This document shows positions 25,926-36,091 of a DNA stretch of 64,000 bases, in pieces. How positions within the stretch are numbered: position 1 is the first letter of the stretch; the number at the start of each line of letters is the position of its first letter. A program made the translations under genes and the position numbers. Below the pieces are notes generated by a model. It did no database searches and was not told the origin of the DNA. It saw nothing but the letters and a program-made list of their open reading frames with translations. Source of the stretch: an uncultured Clostridia bacterium (GTDB lineage: Bacteria; Bacillota; Clostridia; Christensenellales; CALVMC01); the NCBI GenBank assembly GCA_944342015.1, contig CALVMC010000003.1, forward strand, positions 5,842 through 69,841, read 5' to 3'.

Positions 25926-27980
25926 ATGGATAAAAAATACGAACCTCTTTTTACCCCGTGGAAAATAGGAAATGTTGAGATTAAAAACCGAATAGTACTG
26001 TGTCCTATGGGCGGAACTTCCCTTTTCGGGTGGATGGAGCCTAATCATTTCGATAAAGAATCTGCAAACTTTTTTCTTGAAAGAGCAAAAAACAATGTAG
26101 GTCTTATTATTCCCGGAATTGCGCCATTAAGAGACCTTCTCGGCAGAAGGTGGCTTTATAAAAACAAAGGAATGTTTAAAAAGCTTAAACTGTTTATGGA
26201 TGAAATTCATAAAACGGGCGCTAAACTTTTTGTTCAGCTGACGGCAGGCTTCGGGCGTTCTTTTGCGATAACTCAGCCTTTAACCATACTTATGAAAAAC
26301 AAGGTTTTAGGGGCTTTGGCGAAACCTGTATTGGACGCACAGTATATATGCGCATCGCCGAGCGAACTTCCGTCACGGTGGGCGGAAGATATAAAATGCA
26401 GAGCTATTAAAGTCAAGGAAATAAAACAGATGATTTACGCATTTGCCGAAACATCACGCCTTTGCAAGGAAGCGGGTGTTGACGGAGTGGAAGTACACGC
26501 AGTGCACGAAGGATATCTTCTTGACCAGTTCACCCTGCCTTACACTAACAAGAGAACGGACGAATACGGCGGAAGTTTTGAAAACCGCTATCGTTTCCCC
26601 GTCGAAGTAGTCAAAGCTATAAAAGAAAAGTGCGGAACAGACTTCCCGGTATCGTTAAGGTATTCGGTAATAAGTAAAACCAAGAACTTTGGAGTCGGAG
26701 CCGTTCCCGGCGAAGAATACACGGAAATCGGAAGAGATATAAAAGAAAGTGAAAAGGCGGCAAAGTATCTGCAAGACGCAGGTTACGATATGCTTAACGC
26801 AGATAACGGAACATACGACGCTTGGTACTGGTCGCATCCCCCTGCTTATATGCCGAAAAACTGCAATCTTGACGATGTTGCGCATATTAAAAAGTTTGTG
26901 GACATTCCCGTTGTGTGTGCAGGTCGTATGGAAGCGGATATAGGCGCAAAAGCGATTAAGGACGGAAAAATCGATGCGGTAGGCGTAGCAAGACAGTTTT
27001 TAACCGACGGCGAATGGGTAACCAAACTTATGGAAGGAAGAGAAGAAGATATTCAGCCTTGCATATGCTGTCATAATGCTTGCTTTGCTATGGCGCATTA
27101 CAAAGGGGTTGCAAACGACGAAGCTTTTGACGACGCAAAGCATATGGCTCGCTGTGCGCTTAATCCTCAGACAATGCAAAAAAGCAAATATGAAATAAAG
27201 CCGGCTAAAAAGGTTAAAAATATAGCGGTTATCGGAGGCGGTATAGGCGGTATGGAAACTGCCCGTATAGCTTCTTTAAGAGGTCATAAAGTTACGATAT
27301 ACGAAAAGAGCGATAAACTCGGCGGCGTATTCATACCTGCTGCTGCACCCGACTTTAAAGAAAAAGACAAAGAACTTATCGAATGGTACAAAAGGCAGAT
27401 ATCCAAACTTCCCATAGAAGTAAAATTGAATACCGAAATTACGGATATCAATTCAATCGATGCCGATAAAATAATCGTAGCGACGGGTTCTGTTCCCAAA
27501 AAAGCGACTTTAAAAGGTATCGAAAAAAGCATAGAGGCAATAGAATATTTGAATAACGAAAAGAGCGTAGGCGAAAATGTAGTTGTAATCGGCGGCGGTC
27601 TTACAGGCTGCGAAATTGCATACGACCTTTACAATAAAGGCAAAAAGCCCGTTATAGTCGAAATGAAAAACGATCTTATGGCGGTAAGAGGAATATGTCT
27701 TGCAAACTCTTCTTATTTAAGAGACTTTTTCAATGCAAACAAGGTTCCCGTATATCTTGAAAGCAAGGTTTCGGAAATTAAAGACGGTTCTGTTATAATT
27801 ACCGATAAAAACGGTAAGAGTACGGAAATCAACGCAGACAGCGTAATAGTTTCCATAGGTTACAATCCTGCGCCTAAATTCAAAAAATCAGGTAAAGTAA
27901 TAATCGTGGGCGACGCTGATAAGGTAGGAAATTTAAGAACGGTAATATGGCGTGCCTGGAAAGTTGCCGAAAAATTATAA
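25926..27980 (+). CDS. OYE-family NADH:flavin oxidoreductase with a C-terminal FAD/NAD(P) domain (2-enoate / 2,4-dienoyl-CoA reductase type)
   Basis: 684 aa. The N-terminus is LFTPWKIGNVEIKNRIVLCPMGG. There is a CICCHNAC Fe-S motif and two GxGxxG dinucleotide folds (VIGGGIGG, VIGGGLTG). Confidence 0.85.
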   Translation: MDKKYEPLFTPWKIGNVEIKNRIVLCPMGGTSLFGWMEPNHFDKESANFFLERAKNNVGLIIPGIAPLRDLLGRRWLYKNKGMFKKLKLFMDEIHKTGAKLFVQLTAGFGRSFAITQPLTILMKNKVLGALAKPVLDAQYICASPSELPSRWAEDIKCRAIKVKEIKQMIYAFAETSRLCKEAGVDGVEVHAVHEGYLLDQFTLPYTNKRTDEYGGSFENRYRFPVEVVKAIKEKCGTDFPVSLRYSVISKTKNFGVGAVPGEEYTEIGRDIKESEKAAKYLQDAGYDMLNADNGTYDAWYWSHPPAYMPKNCNLDDVAHIKKFVDIPVVCAGRMEADIGAKAIKDGKIDAVGVARQFLTDGEWVTKLMEGREEDIQPCICCHNACFAMAHYKGVANDEAFDDAKHMARCALNPQTMQKSKYEIKPAKKVKNIAVIGGGIGGMETARIASLRGHKVTIYEKSDKLGGVFIPAAAPDFKEKDKELIEWYKRQISKLPIEVKLNTEITDINSIDADKIIVATGSVPKKATLKGIEKSIEAIEYLNNEKSVGENVVVIGGGLTGCEIAYDLYNKGKKPVIVEMKNDLMAVRGICLANSSYLRDFFNANKVPVYLESKVSEIKDGSVIITDKNGKSTEINADSVIVSIGYNPAPKFKKSGKVIIVGDADKVGNLRTVIWRAWKVAEKL

Positions 27981-28006
27981 TTAATTTTCCGAAAACCAAA
28001 AGTTTT

Positions 28007-28037
28007 AAAAAGCCGATTACATATCGGCTTTTCTTAT
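28007..28037 (+). terminator. Intrinsic terminator
   Basis: AAAAGCCGAT (28007-28016), loop TACAT, ATCGGCTTTT (28022-28031), then a T-rich tail. Confidence 0.7.
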
Positions 28038-28184
28038 TTACTTATTTGTAACTTTTTTTCGATATATTTTAAAATCAGTTTTATGCCCTACTCTTTTAAT
28101 AATTTAAATAAATTGAGTCAAATGCAAGCGTAGTTTTTTTTATAAAATAAATTGAAATTTTAAAATGTTTTTAGTTTAACTGTA

Positions 28185-28238
28185 TTGACAAAAGCAAATA
28201 AATATAATAATATATATACACCACCCCCGTGGGGTATA
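28185..28238 (+). promoter_or_regulatory. copA promoter with an overlapping CsoR-type operator
   Basis: TTGACA (28185-28190), a 17-nt spacer, then TAATAT (28208-28213). This is followed by the GC-rich pseudo-palindrome ATATACACCACCCCCGTGGGGTATAT (28213-28238), which resembles the recalled CsoR box (TACCC-N-GGGGGTA type). Confidence 0.6.
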
Positions 28239-28258
28239 TTAAATTGAGCGGTGAAAAT

Positions 28259-30913
28259 ATGAAAAAAGAAAGGTTCAGCGTTACGGGAATGACTTGTTCT
28301 GCCTGTTCTTCGCATATAGAAAAGTCGGTATCGAAACTTCACGGAGTCAAGAATGTTTCGGTCAATCTGCTTTCAAACAGTATGACGACGGAGTTTGACG
28401 AAAACATACTTACTGTAAGCGATATAGAAAAAGCCGTGGAAGAAGCCGGTTACGGCGCAGTGGCGGAATGTGACGAAAGTCAATGCAAAGCCTATAACGA
28501 AAGAAAGGTTTCAGACGGACAAGACAGTGAAAACGGAAGTAAAGGTTTTAATAAATTATTACACAGAATAAACGGCGACGCAATGTTGAAGCGCCTTATA
28601 CTTTCCCTTGTTTTTATGATAATACTTATGTACTTTTCTATGGGACATATGTTTTCCTTTCCTATGCCATACTTTTTCCAAGGGGTAAAAAACGGCGTTA
28701 CATTTGCGTTTTTTCAATTTCTTTTATGTCTTTTTATAATCTATATAAACCGTTCGTACTACATTAACGGTTACAAAAGATTATTCAAGGGCGCGCCTAA
28801 TATGGACAGTCTTATAGCAATCGGCTCGACGGCTTCGCTGATATACGGAATATACGCAATATTTATAATGAGTTACTCTTTGGGAGCGGGCGACCTTAAA
28901 ACTGTGGAACAATATCTTCACGAGTTATACTTTGAATCTGCGGCTATGATACTTGCTCTTGTTACGGTGGGAAAGTATCTTGAAAGTCTTTCCAAAAAGA
29001 AAACGGGCGACGCACTTTCTAAACTTAAAAAACTTGTTCCCGATAAAGCCGTTAAAATCGCAGACGGAAAGGAAATTACGGTAAACAGTTCTACGCTTAA
29101 ATCCGGCGACTTGATTGTTATAAAAGCCGGAATGTCCTCTCCTGCCGACGGCATTATAGAAGAAGGAAACGCCTTTTTCGACGAAAGCGCAATAAGCGGA
29201 GAAAGCGTGCCCGTTGAAAAAACATCAGGTGAAAAAATAATCGGCGGAACGGTTTTAAAAAGCGGATATGTAAAAGCCAAAGTTACGGCGGCGGGAGAAG
29301 AAAGCGTTTTATCGAAGATAATCAATCTTGTAGAAGAAGCGGGAGCTTCAAAAGCACCTATTGCAAAAGTTGCCGATAAGATTTCGGGAATATTCGTTCC
29401 TGTCGTTATGGTAATATCTCTCTTAACTTTTTTAGGTTGGATAATAAGCGGTGCCGGATTTTCTCATTCTTTTTCGTGCGCAGTTTCGGTTCTGGTTATT
29501 TCCTGCCCGTGTGCGCTGGGGCTTGCAACACCGGTTGCTATAATGGTGGCTACCGGAAAAGGAGCGGAATACGGAATTCTCATAAAAAACGGAGAAACTC
29601 TTGAAATGTTGCACAAAATAGATTGTGTGGTTTTCGATAAAACGGGAACGATTACCGAAGGCAATCCCGAAGTGGCTGATATACTGATAAAGGAAAACAG
29701 AGAGGAGATACTTGAAGCCGTCTGTTCGATAGAAAGAAAAAGCGAACATCCCTTAGGCGAAGCCCTTGTGGAATATGCCGTCGAAAACAATATTAAATTT
29801 ATCGATGTCGGAAATTTTGAAACCCTGCCCGGAAAAGGCGTAATAGCTTATATAGGAAAGGATAAATACGCAATAGGCGGGAAACGCCTTATGGAGGAAA
29901 TCGGGATAAATCAAAATTTGTATATTGACGATTTAAACAGAACAACCGGCGAAGGTAAAACTCCCCTGCTTGTTTCTGTAAACGGTAATTACAAAGGAAT
30001 GATATCTACAATCGATAAAATCAAACCTACAAGCAAAGAAGCGGTAAATGCCCTTAAAAAACTTTCGATAAAAACGGTAATGCTGACGGGCGACAATAGA
30101 AGAGCGGCTGAAGCAATAGCAAAGCAAGTGGCAATTGAAGAAGTCTTTGCGGAAGTTTTACCTCAGGATAAGGAAAAGAAAATAAAGGAATTAAAGGAAA
30201 AATACAAGACCGCAATGGTCGGCGACGGAATAAACGACGCTCCCGCTCTTATGCAGGCAGATGTCGGTATAGCGATAGGAAGCGGCAGCGATATAGCAGT
30301 TGACAGCGCCGATGCGGTTCTTATCAAAAACGACTTGAACGATGTCGTAAATGCCATAAAACTCAGTAAAAAAACCATGCTTAACATAAAAGAAAATCTG
30401 TTCTGGGCTTTCTTTTATAACTGTTTAGGTATACCGATTGCGGCAGGAGTTTTTTACTACACCTCACTTGCGTTAAAATTAAGTCCTATGATAGGAGCTG
30501 CTGCGATGAGCATATCGAGTATATTTGTTGTATTGAACGCATTAAGACTGAAACTTATTAAGTTCGATAAAAGGAAGAATAAAAGGCTTTCAAAGGAAAA
30601 TCCCTGTCTTAAAACCGATACGGAGTCTTGTAAAAAAACCGACAGCGAAATTCAAAACAGTGAAATCGATACAATTAAAATCAATAAAAAAAGGAGAAAT
30701 AAAATGGAAAGTTATACTTTGAAGGTAGAAGGTATGATGTGCGAGCATTGTAAAAAAAGAGTGGAAAAAGCGTTAAGCGAAGTTAAGGGTGTAAAAGAAG
30801 TTAACGTATCTCTTGAAGAGAAAAAGGCGACGGTCGAAGGAAAAAATACCGATAAAAACCAACTTATCAAATCGGTTGAAAGTCAGGGATATAAGGTTAC
30901 GGAAATCATTTGA
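28259..30913 (+). CDS. copA: Copper-translocating P1B-type ATPase with N- and C-terminal HMA domains
   Basis: The HMA motif GMTCSACSSH sits at the N-terminus. The CPC motif is SCPCALGLATP, the phosphorylation site is DKTGTIT, and GDGINDAP is present. A second HMA domain (GMMCEHC) lies at the C-terminus. Confidence 0.95.
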   Translation: MKKERFSVTGMTCSACSSHIEKSVSKLHGVKNVSVNLLSNSMTTEFDENILTVSDIEKAVEEAGYGAVAECDESQCKAYNERKVSDGQDSENGSKGFNKLLHRINGDAMLKRLILSLVFMIILMYFSMGHMFSFPMPYFFQGVKNGVTFAFFQFLLCLFIIYINRSYYINGYKRLFKGAPNMDSLIAIGSTASLIYGIYAIFIMSYSLGAGDLKTVEQYLHELYFESAAMILALVTVGKYLESLSKKKTGDALSKLKKLVPDKAVKIADGKEITVNSSTLKSGDLIVIKAGMSSPADGIIEEGNAFFDESAISGESVPVEKTSGEKIIGGTVLKSGYVKAKVTAAGEESVLSKIINLVEEAGASKAPIAKVADKISGIFVPVVMVISLLTFLGWIISGAGFSHSFSCAVSVLVISCPCALGLATPVAIMVATGKGAEYGILIKNGETLEMLHKIDCVVFDKTGTITEGNPEVADILIKENREEILEAVCSIERKSEHPLGEALVEYAVENNIKFIDVGNFETLPGKGVIAYIGKDKYAIGGKRLMEEIGINQNLYIDDLNRTTGEGKTPLLVSVNGNYKGMISTIDKIKPTSKEAVNALKKLSIKTVMLTGDNRRAAEAIAKQVAIEEVFAEVLPQDKEKKIKELKEKYKTAMVGDGINDAPALMQADVGIAIGSGSDIAVDSADAVLIKNDLNDVVNAIKLSKKTMLNIKENLFWAFFYNCLGIPIAAGVFYYTSLALKLSPMIGAAAMSISSIFVVLNALRLKLIKFDKRKNKRLSKENPCLKTDTESCKKTDSEIQNSEIDTIKINKKRRNKMESYTLKVEGMMCEHCKKRVEKALSEVKGVKEVNVSLEEKKATVEGKNTDKNQLIKSVESQGYKVTEII

Positions 30914-31042
30914 AATAACCGATATTGACTTTTAAATAAAACTGATATTTAAAGTTTGACACCGGATTAAATAACGGTAAAAGGAAAACCGATAAAAATT
31001 AAAAATCAGTTTAAATAAAATAATAAACTTTGTGAGGGATTT

Positions 31043-31306
31043 ATGATAAGAGACGACGAAAAACTTAAAAGACTTTTAAAAACGGCAGGCGGTCAGATTG
31101 AAGGAATAATAAAAATGATAGACGAAAAGAAATACTGCATTGATATAAGCAATCAGATAATGGCGTGTCAAGCGGTACTTGCAAAAGTCAATAAAGAAGT
31201 TCTTAATGCCCACCTTCACTCTTGCGTAATATCTTCCATTATGAGCAAAGACGCAGACGAAAAAATGGACGAAATTTCAAAACTTCTCGATAAATTAATA
31301 AAGTGA
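31043..31306 (+). CDS. csoR: CsoR-family metal-sensing repressor
   Basis: 87 aa. LKTAGGQIEGIIKMIDEKKYCIDISNQIMACQAVL...HLHSCV has the C-H-C ligand pattern of CsoR/DUF156. Confidence 0.88.
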   Translation: MIRDDEKLKRLLKTAGGQIEGIIKMIDEKKYCIDISNQIMACQAVLAKVNKEVLNAHLHSCVISSIMSKDADEKMDEISKLLDKLIK

Positions 31307-31464
31307 AGAAATTTTCAAAAATTTTAAATCTTTTAAAATATTTTTTAATTATAATATTTTCCGTAACAAAAGCGATTTAAAAGCATAAATTTAAAGGTAT
31401 TGACATCGAAGTGAAAATAGTTTACCATATCGGTATGCTGATTTTTCGGCAACAAGGAGGTATT

Positions 31465-31992
31465 ATGGCTAAAAAGTTTAAAAGAAAAGCCGGTATGCTC
31501 GGAATAGTAATGGGCGGTTTAATTCTTGTATTCTGCATACTCGCTATTGTGGGAATCTTTATCAATGCCTGGACAGCATCAAAAGGAAGCGCATTAGGCT
31601 TTGAAACCGACAGCGTATACACAAGTCTTTCGGATTGGGCAGAGACTCTTTCAAATCTTAATGAAATAAAAAACAGTGACAATTCCCTTCTCGCTTCGAT
31701 GGTGACCTTCGGGTACCTTACGGCAATCGTCACCGTTGCTCTTGCGGTATGCTATCTATTGAAAATGGTTTTAAACATCGGTCTGTTCCGATTTATAGTA
31801 GGAATAGGCGGAATAGCTACGGTAGTGCTCGGTATCATACTTTTGATACTTTCTTTCCAATTCTGTGAAAACGGAAAATTTGATGCGATAATTGCCTCTA
31901 CCGATATGTTCCCTGCTGCGGGAGTTTACCTGACTTCCTTCGGCGCAATTCTTGCGGGAGCCTGTGCGGTAGTGGGATGCGCAAGGAAATAA
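31465..31992 (+). CDS. Membrane protein of unknown function
   Basis: The ATG at 31465 follows an AAGGAGG RBS, and there are 4 predicted TM segments. The promoter is TTGACA-17-TACCAT near 31401. Confidence 0.6.
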   Translation: MAKKFKRKAGMLGIVMGGLILVFCILAIVGIFINAWTASKGSALGFETDSVYTSLSDWAETLSNLNEIKNSDNSLLASMVTFGYLTAIVTVALAVCYLLKMVLNIGLFRFIVGIGGIATVVLGIILLILSFQFCENGKFDAIIASTDMFPAAGVYLTSFGAILAGACAVVGCARK

Positions 31993-32013
31993 AAAAAGTT
32001 AAAAAGTATTAAA

Positions 32014-32041
32014 AAACGGCGGCTCTGCCGTCGTTTTTTTA
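32014..32041 (+). terminator. Intrinsic terminator
   Basis: A GC-rich imperfect stem AACGGCGG...CCGTCGTT followed by a T7 run. Confidence 0.6.
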
Positions 32042-32178
32042 TTTAATAGATTCATTTAATGAGTATTCGATGTCAATTTAAAAATTTCAATATCGGTGGT
32101 AACTTTACAATATCGGTTTAATAGCTTTTAATTAATTGCTTTTTTTATGTAAAGTTTTAGATTGACAATTTACACCGA

Positions 32179-33861
32179 TTATTTTTTAAATACGACTTTT
32201 ACCGTTGTTCCCTTTTCGGTTTGGCTTTCTATGGAAAGAGCGGCGTTATATTTCGAACAGATATGTTTTACTATCGCAAGCCCAAGACCTGTTCCGCCGG
32301 TATTTTTTGAACGGCTTTTATCGACTCTGTAAAATCTTTCGCAAAGTCTGGGAAGATGCTCTTTTTCGATACCTATACCGGTATCTGAACAGATAAATTC
32401 CACACTGTCGTCTTTGTCGATAATATCTATCGATATTCTGCCGTTTTCCACATTGTAATTTACGGCGTTGGAATATATATTTGAAATCAGTTCGAAAATA
32501 TCTTTATTAAGCGCCGCAACTTTACCCTTTCCCCGAACTGTGGTTTTTATCGTCTTTTGTTCGCATTGGTGAGAAAAAGACGCTGCGACTTCATCGGCTG
32601 TTTTTCTCAAATCGATTAACGAATACTGTTCGTCGGTCGCTAAATTTTCAAGATTACTCAGCTTTAACATATCCATAATAAGAGAATTAATTCTTAAACT
32701 TTCGGTATGAATCCTGTCAATGTATTTTTTAAGAGAACTGTCTTTATTTTTGACGGTCAGAAGTTCCGCCATTCCCTGTATGCTCGTCATAGGTGTTTTA
32801 AGTTCGTGAGATGCGTTCGAGAAAAATTCGGATTTTTGTTTTATGAGTTCCTTTTCTTTTGAGATATCGGAAATTACGAGTATATGGGAAATATCGTTCT
32901 GTAAATCGCTGCTGTCGGTTTTTGTTACGGTAAAATCGAAAATTTTACCCTCTCTTTCATATTCAAAGGAAGAGTTTTCTTCGGCAAGAATAATTTTAAC
33001 GAGTTTATCTCTCAAAGATTTATCTTCTATCAAAAAGTTTAAGTCTTTATTTATATCGTCTTTAATTCCGTTAAATAAATTTAAGGCGGTTTTGTTTACA
33101 AGCACTGTCTGGAATTTGCTGTTAATGGCAATTACGCCTTGGGAAATATTATCGAGAACGAAATCGAGTTTTTCCTCTTCGGTCTGAATTTTTGAAAGAT
33201 TTTCTCTTGTCGATTTAAAAATTTCGTTGGTTTCGGAAAGCACCGCAAAGAATTCCGGCTCTTCCATATTTGTATCGATAGGCTTGTAATTACCGTCGTT
33301 AAGACTTTTAAGACTCAGTTCTATCGATTTTATTTTCCTTGAAATTTTTAAAGACAGAAATCTTGCAAAAATATAGGAAATCACAAGAGCCACAAAAGCC
33401 GCAAGGAAAAAGAACGGAAGTGTTCCCAAAAAATAATCGCCGATACTTTCGCTTTCTACCGCAAGGCGGATAACGAGTTTGCCGTCGTCTGCCGTAAGAG
33501 CGTAGTAATACATATATTTATTTAAAGTTTCGGAATATCTTTTAACGGTTTTCGGAGTTCCGTTCAATGCGTCTTTTACCTCTTGTCTTTCGAGATGATT
33601 TTCAATTGTTCCGCTTTTGAAAGTATCGAGAAGCACCTGCCCCGAGAGAGAAATAACGGTAACACGGATATTTTCTATATCGGAAAGAGAAGAATAATTA
33701 TCTGAATCGACGGTTTTCGAAAGCAGTTCGGTTTCTTTTACGAGAGCGGTTTTAATGTTTTTTTCGGCGTTGAAATTCATAACGATAACGCTTGCTATAA
33801 ATACTATTATAACCGCTAAAAGGGAAATCGCCCAACAAGAATATAAAATTTTATTGTTCAT
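32179..33861 (-). CDS. phoR: Sensor histidine kinase, PhoR-like
   Basis: There are two TM segments, a PAS-like region, the H-box SNASHELKTPMTSI, and the ATPase G-boxes DTGIGI and GGTGLGLAIV. It is last in the pst-phoU-phoB operon. Confidence 0.8.
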   Translation of the reverse strand: MNNKILYSCWAISLLAVIIVFIASVIVMNFNAEKNIKTALVKETELLSKTVDSDNYSSLSDIENIRVTVISLSGQVLLDTFKSGTIENHLERQEVKDALNGTPKTVKRYSETLNKYMYYYALTADDGKLVIRLAVESESIGDYFLGTLPFFFLAAFVALVISYIFARFLSLKISRKIKSIELSLKSLNDGNYKPIDTNMEEPEFFAVLSETNEIFKSTRENLSKIQTEEEKLDFVLDNISQGVIAINSKFQTVLVNKTALNLFNGIKDDINKDLNFLIEDKSLRDKLVKIILAEENSSFEYEREGKIFDFTVTKTDSSDLQNDISHILVISDISKEKELIKQKSEFFSNASHELKTPMTSIQGMAELLTVKNKDSSLKKYIDRIHTESLRINSLIMDMLKLSNLENLATDEQYSLIDLRKTADEVAASFSHQCEQKTIKTTVRGKGKVAALNKDIFELISNIYSNAVNYNVENGRISIDIIDKDDSVEFICSDTGIGIEKEHLPRLCERFYRVDKSRSKNTGGTGLGLAIVKHICSKYNAALSIESQTEKGTTVKVVFKK

Positions 33862-33878
33862 AATTTCTCCGAAAAGTA

Positions 33879-34547
33879 TTATTTATTTTCAAATCTGTAT
33901 CCTATACCTCGAACCGTTATTATACAATCTTTATTGGAGATTTTTTTTATTTTTTCTCTTAAAGATGCGATATGAATATCGAGCGTTCTGGTCTCTCCTG
34001 CAAAGTCGGTTCCCCAAACGGCGGAAAAAAGCTCTTCTCTCGTAAGTGTAATACCTGAGTTTTGTATAAGCATTTTAAACAGATTGAATTCTTTAAGAGT
34101 GAGTGTAATGGGTTTTCCCATATAGGTTATTTCATACTTATCGTTATCGACTGAAAAACCGCCTGCGCTTGTTGTATGGATTTTGCTTCTTCTGAGATTT
34201 GCTTTTATTCTTGCGTTAAGTTCGAGTATGGAAAAAGGCTTTGTAATATAATCGTCTGCGCCCTTATTGAGTCCTTTAACGGAGCTTAGTTCATCGCTTT
34301 TTGCGCTTACGATTATGACGGGAACCTTTTCGTCGGAAAGTCTTATTTGTGATAAAATAGAGTATCCGTCCATATCGGGAAGCATTATATCCAAAATAAT
34401 AAGGTCGGGTTTTTCTTTTTTGAAAACATTGAAAAAGTCATTACCGTTTTCAAAAAGAGTAATGTCGTAATCGCTGAGCGCTCCTTCGTAAAGTTCTCTT
34501 ATTCCTTCGTCGTCTTCTACGATAAATAAAGCCGGCTTTTCTCTCAT
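33879..34547 (-). CDS. phoB: OmpR/PhoB-family response regulator
   Basis: Receiver domain (DLIILDIMLPDMDG) plus a winged-helix C-terminus (TVRGIGYRF). The start overlaps the phoU stop (ATGA). Confidence 0.85.
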   Translation of the reverse strand: MREKPALFIVEDDEGIRELYEGALSDYDITLFENGNDFFNVFKKEKPDLIILDIMLPDMDGYSILSQIRLSDEKVPVIIVSAKSDELSSVKGLNKGADDYITKPFSILELNARIKANLRRSKIHTTSAGGFSVDNDKYEITYMGKPITLTLKEFNLFKMLIQNSGITLTREELFSAVWGTDFAGETRTLDIHIASLREKIKKISNKDCIITVRGIGYRFENK

Positions 34548-35200
34548 CAGTATTTTATATGCACTCCCGTTTCATTGTATTTAGTCCATTCGGAAACATT
34601 GACAGCGTGATCTCCTATCCGTTCGAGATATTTTGCAATCATCATAAATAGAATTGCCTGATCGCAGTTTTTTCCGTCTTTTTTTATAAGTTCTATAAGT
34701 TCGTTTTTTACCGTTTCGAAAAGTTCGTCCATTTCGTCGTCGAGTTTTATGGTACTGTCGGCAAGTTTTTCGTCGTTTTTAATAAAAGAATTGACGCTGT
34801 CGTGAACCATTTTAACTGCCAAAGCTCCCATTTTTTTGATATGGGTGAGTTCCTTTATGTACTTATCGTCCGGCATTGAGGCTACTATTTCCCCTATATC
34901 GCTTGCCTGGTCGCCTATTCTTTCTATATCGGTAATCATTTTAAGAGCCGACGATACCTCTCTCAAATCCTTGGCGACAGGCTGTCTTCTCAAAATAATA
35001 TGTATACATTTTTTCTCTATATCAAGTTCCATATCGTCTACGACAGAGTCGGTTTCGCCGACGGAACGGGCAAGGGAAGCGTCCTTTTCTATCAGCGCCT
35101 TTATGGAATTATCTATCATATTTTCCGTAATACGACACATTTCTATGAGTTCGTTTTTAAGCTCAAACAGCTCTTCTTCAAAACTTTTTCTTACTGTCAT
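34547..35200 (-). CDS. phoU: Phosphate signalling protein PhoU
   Basis: 217 aa with a duplicated PhoU repeat carrying ERIGD motifs (DIERIGDQA, LERIGDHA). Confidence 0.92.
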   Translation of the reverse strand: MTVRKSFEEELFELKNELIEMCRITENMIDNSIKALIEKDASLARSVGETDSVVDDMELDIEKKCIHIILRRQPVAKDLREVSSALKMITDIERIGDQASDIGEIVASMPDDKYIKELTHIKKMGALAVKMVHDSVNSFIKNDEKLADSTIKLDDEMDELFETVKNELIELIKKDGKNCDQAILFMMIAKYLERIGDHAVNVSEWTKYNETGVHIKY

Positions 35201-35281
35201 TTTACCTCTCCATTATATTAAAATTATTAACAATTTTCAAGTGCTGCAAAATATTTTATTAAATCGTTTAAAATCTTTGGA

Positions 35282-36091
35282 TTAACCGAATCTTCCCGTA
35301 ATATAATTTTCCGTTTGTTTATCCTTGGGACTTGAAAATATTTCTTCGGTATCGTTAAACTCAATAAGTTTTCCCATTAAAAAGAAACCGGTTTTATCCG
35401 ATATTCTCGTTGCCTGTTGCATATTGTGGGTTACGGCAACTATCGTAACGGTTTTTTTGAGTTCTTCGCAAAGTTCTTCGATTTTTCCCGTGGAAATGGG
35501 GTCGAGTGCGCTTGTCGGTTCGTCCATAAGAAGAATTTTCGGTTCTACCGCAAGGGCTCTTGCTATGCAAAGTCTTTGCTGCTGTCCGCCTGAAAGTCCT
35601 AATGCCGACTTGTTCAATCTGTCTTTGAGTTCGTCCCACATAGCGGCTTGTCTTAAAGATTTTTCCACAATTTCCGAAAGCACTTTTTTATCTTTTATTC
35701 CGAAAGTTTTAGGTCCGTAAGCAATGTTTTCATAGACGCTTACGGGAAAGGGATTAGGCTTTTGAAAAACCATACCCACATTTTTTCTTAAAGCGGCTAA
35801 GTCGAAATTTTTTTCGTATATATCCTTTTTTCCTATAATAATCTTTCCATCCGCCCTGCATCCTTCGACTAAATCGTTCATTCTGTTAAGGGTTTTTAAA
35901 AGAGAACTTTTTCCGCAGCCGGAAGGGCCGATAAGAGCCGTGATTTTATTTTTAGGAATTTCCATTGAAATTCCTTCGAGAGCTTTGAAGCTTCCGTAAT
36001 ACAAATCGAGATTAACTACCCTGACCGCCGTTTCTTCGCTGAAATCGAAAATATCGAAATCGTTATTTATTTTATTATCCTTATTTTTCAT
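35282..36091 (-). CDS. pstB: Phosphate ABC transporter ATP-binding protein PstB
   Basis: Walker A is GPSGCGKS, the signature is LSGGQQQR and Walker B is [11 protein letters not shown]. The C-terminus [10 protein letters not shown] is typical of PstB. Confidence 0.95.
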   Translation of the reverse strand: MKNKDNKINNDFDIFDFSEETAVRVVNLDLYYGSFKALEGISMEIPKNKITALIGPSGCGKSSLLKTLNRMNDLVEGCRADGKIIIGKKDIYEKNFDLAALRKNVGMVFQKPNPFPVSVYENIAYGPKTFGIKDKKVLSEIVEKSLRQAAMWDELKDRLNKSALGLSGGQQQRLCIARALAVEPKILLMDEPTSALDPISTGKIEELCEELKKTVTIVAVTHNMQQATRISDKTGFFLMGKLIEFNDTEEIFSSPKDKQTENYITGRFG

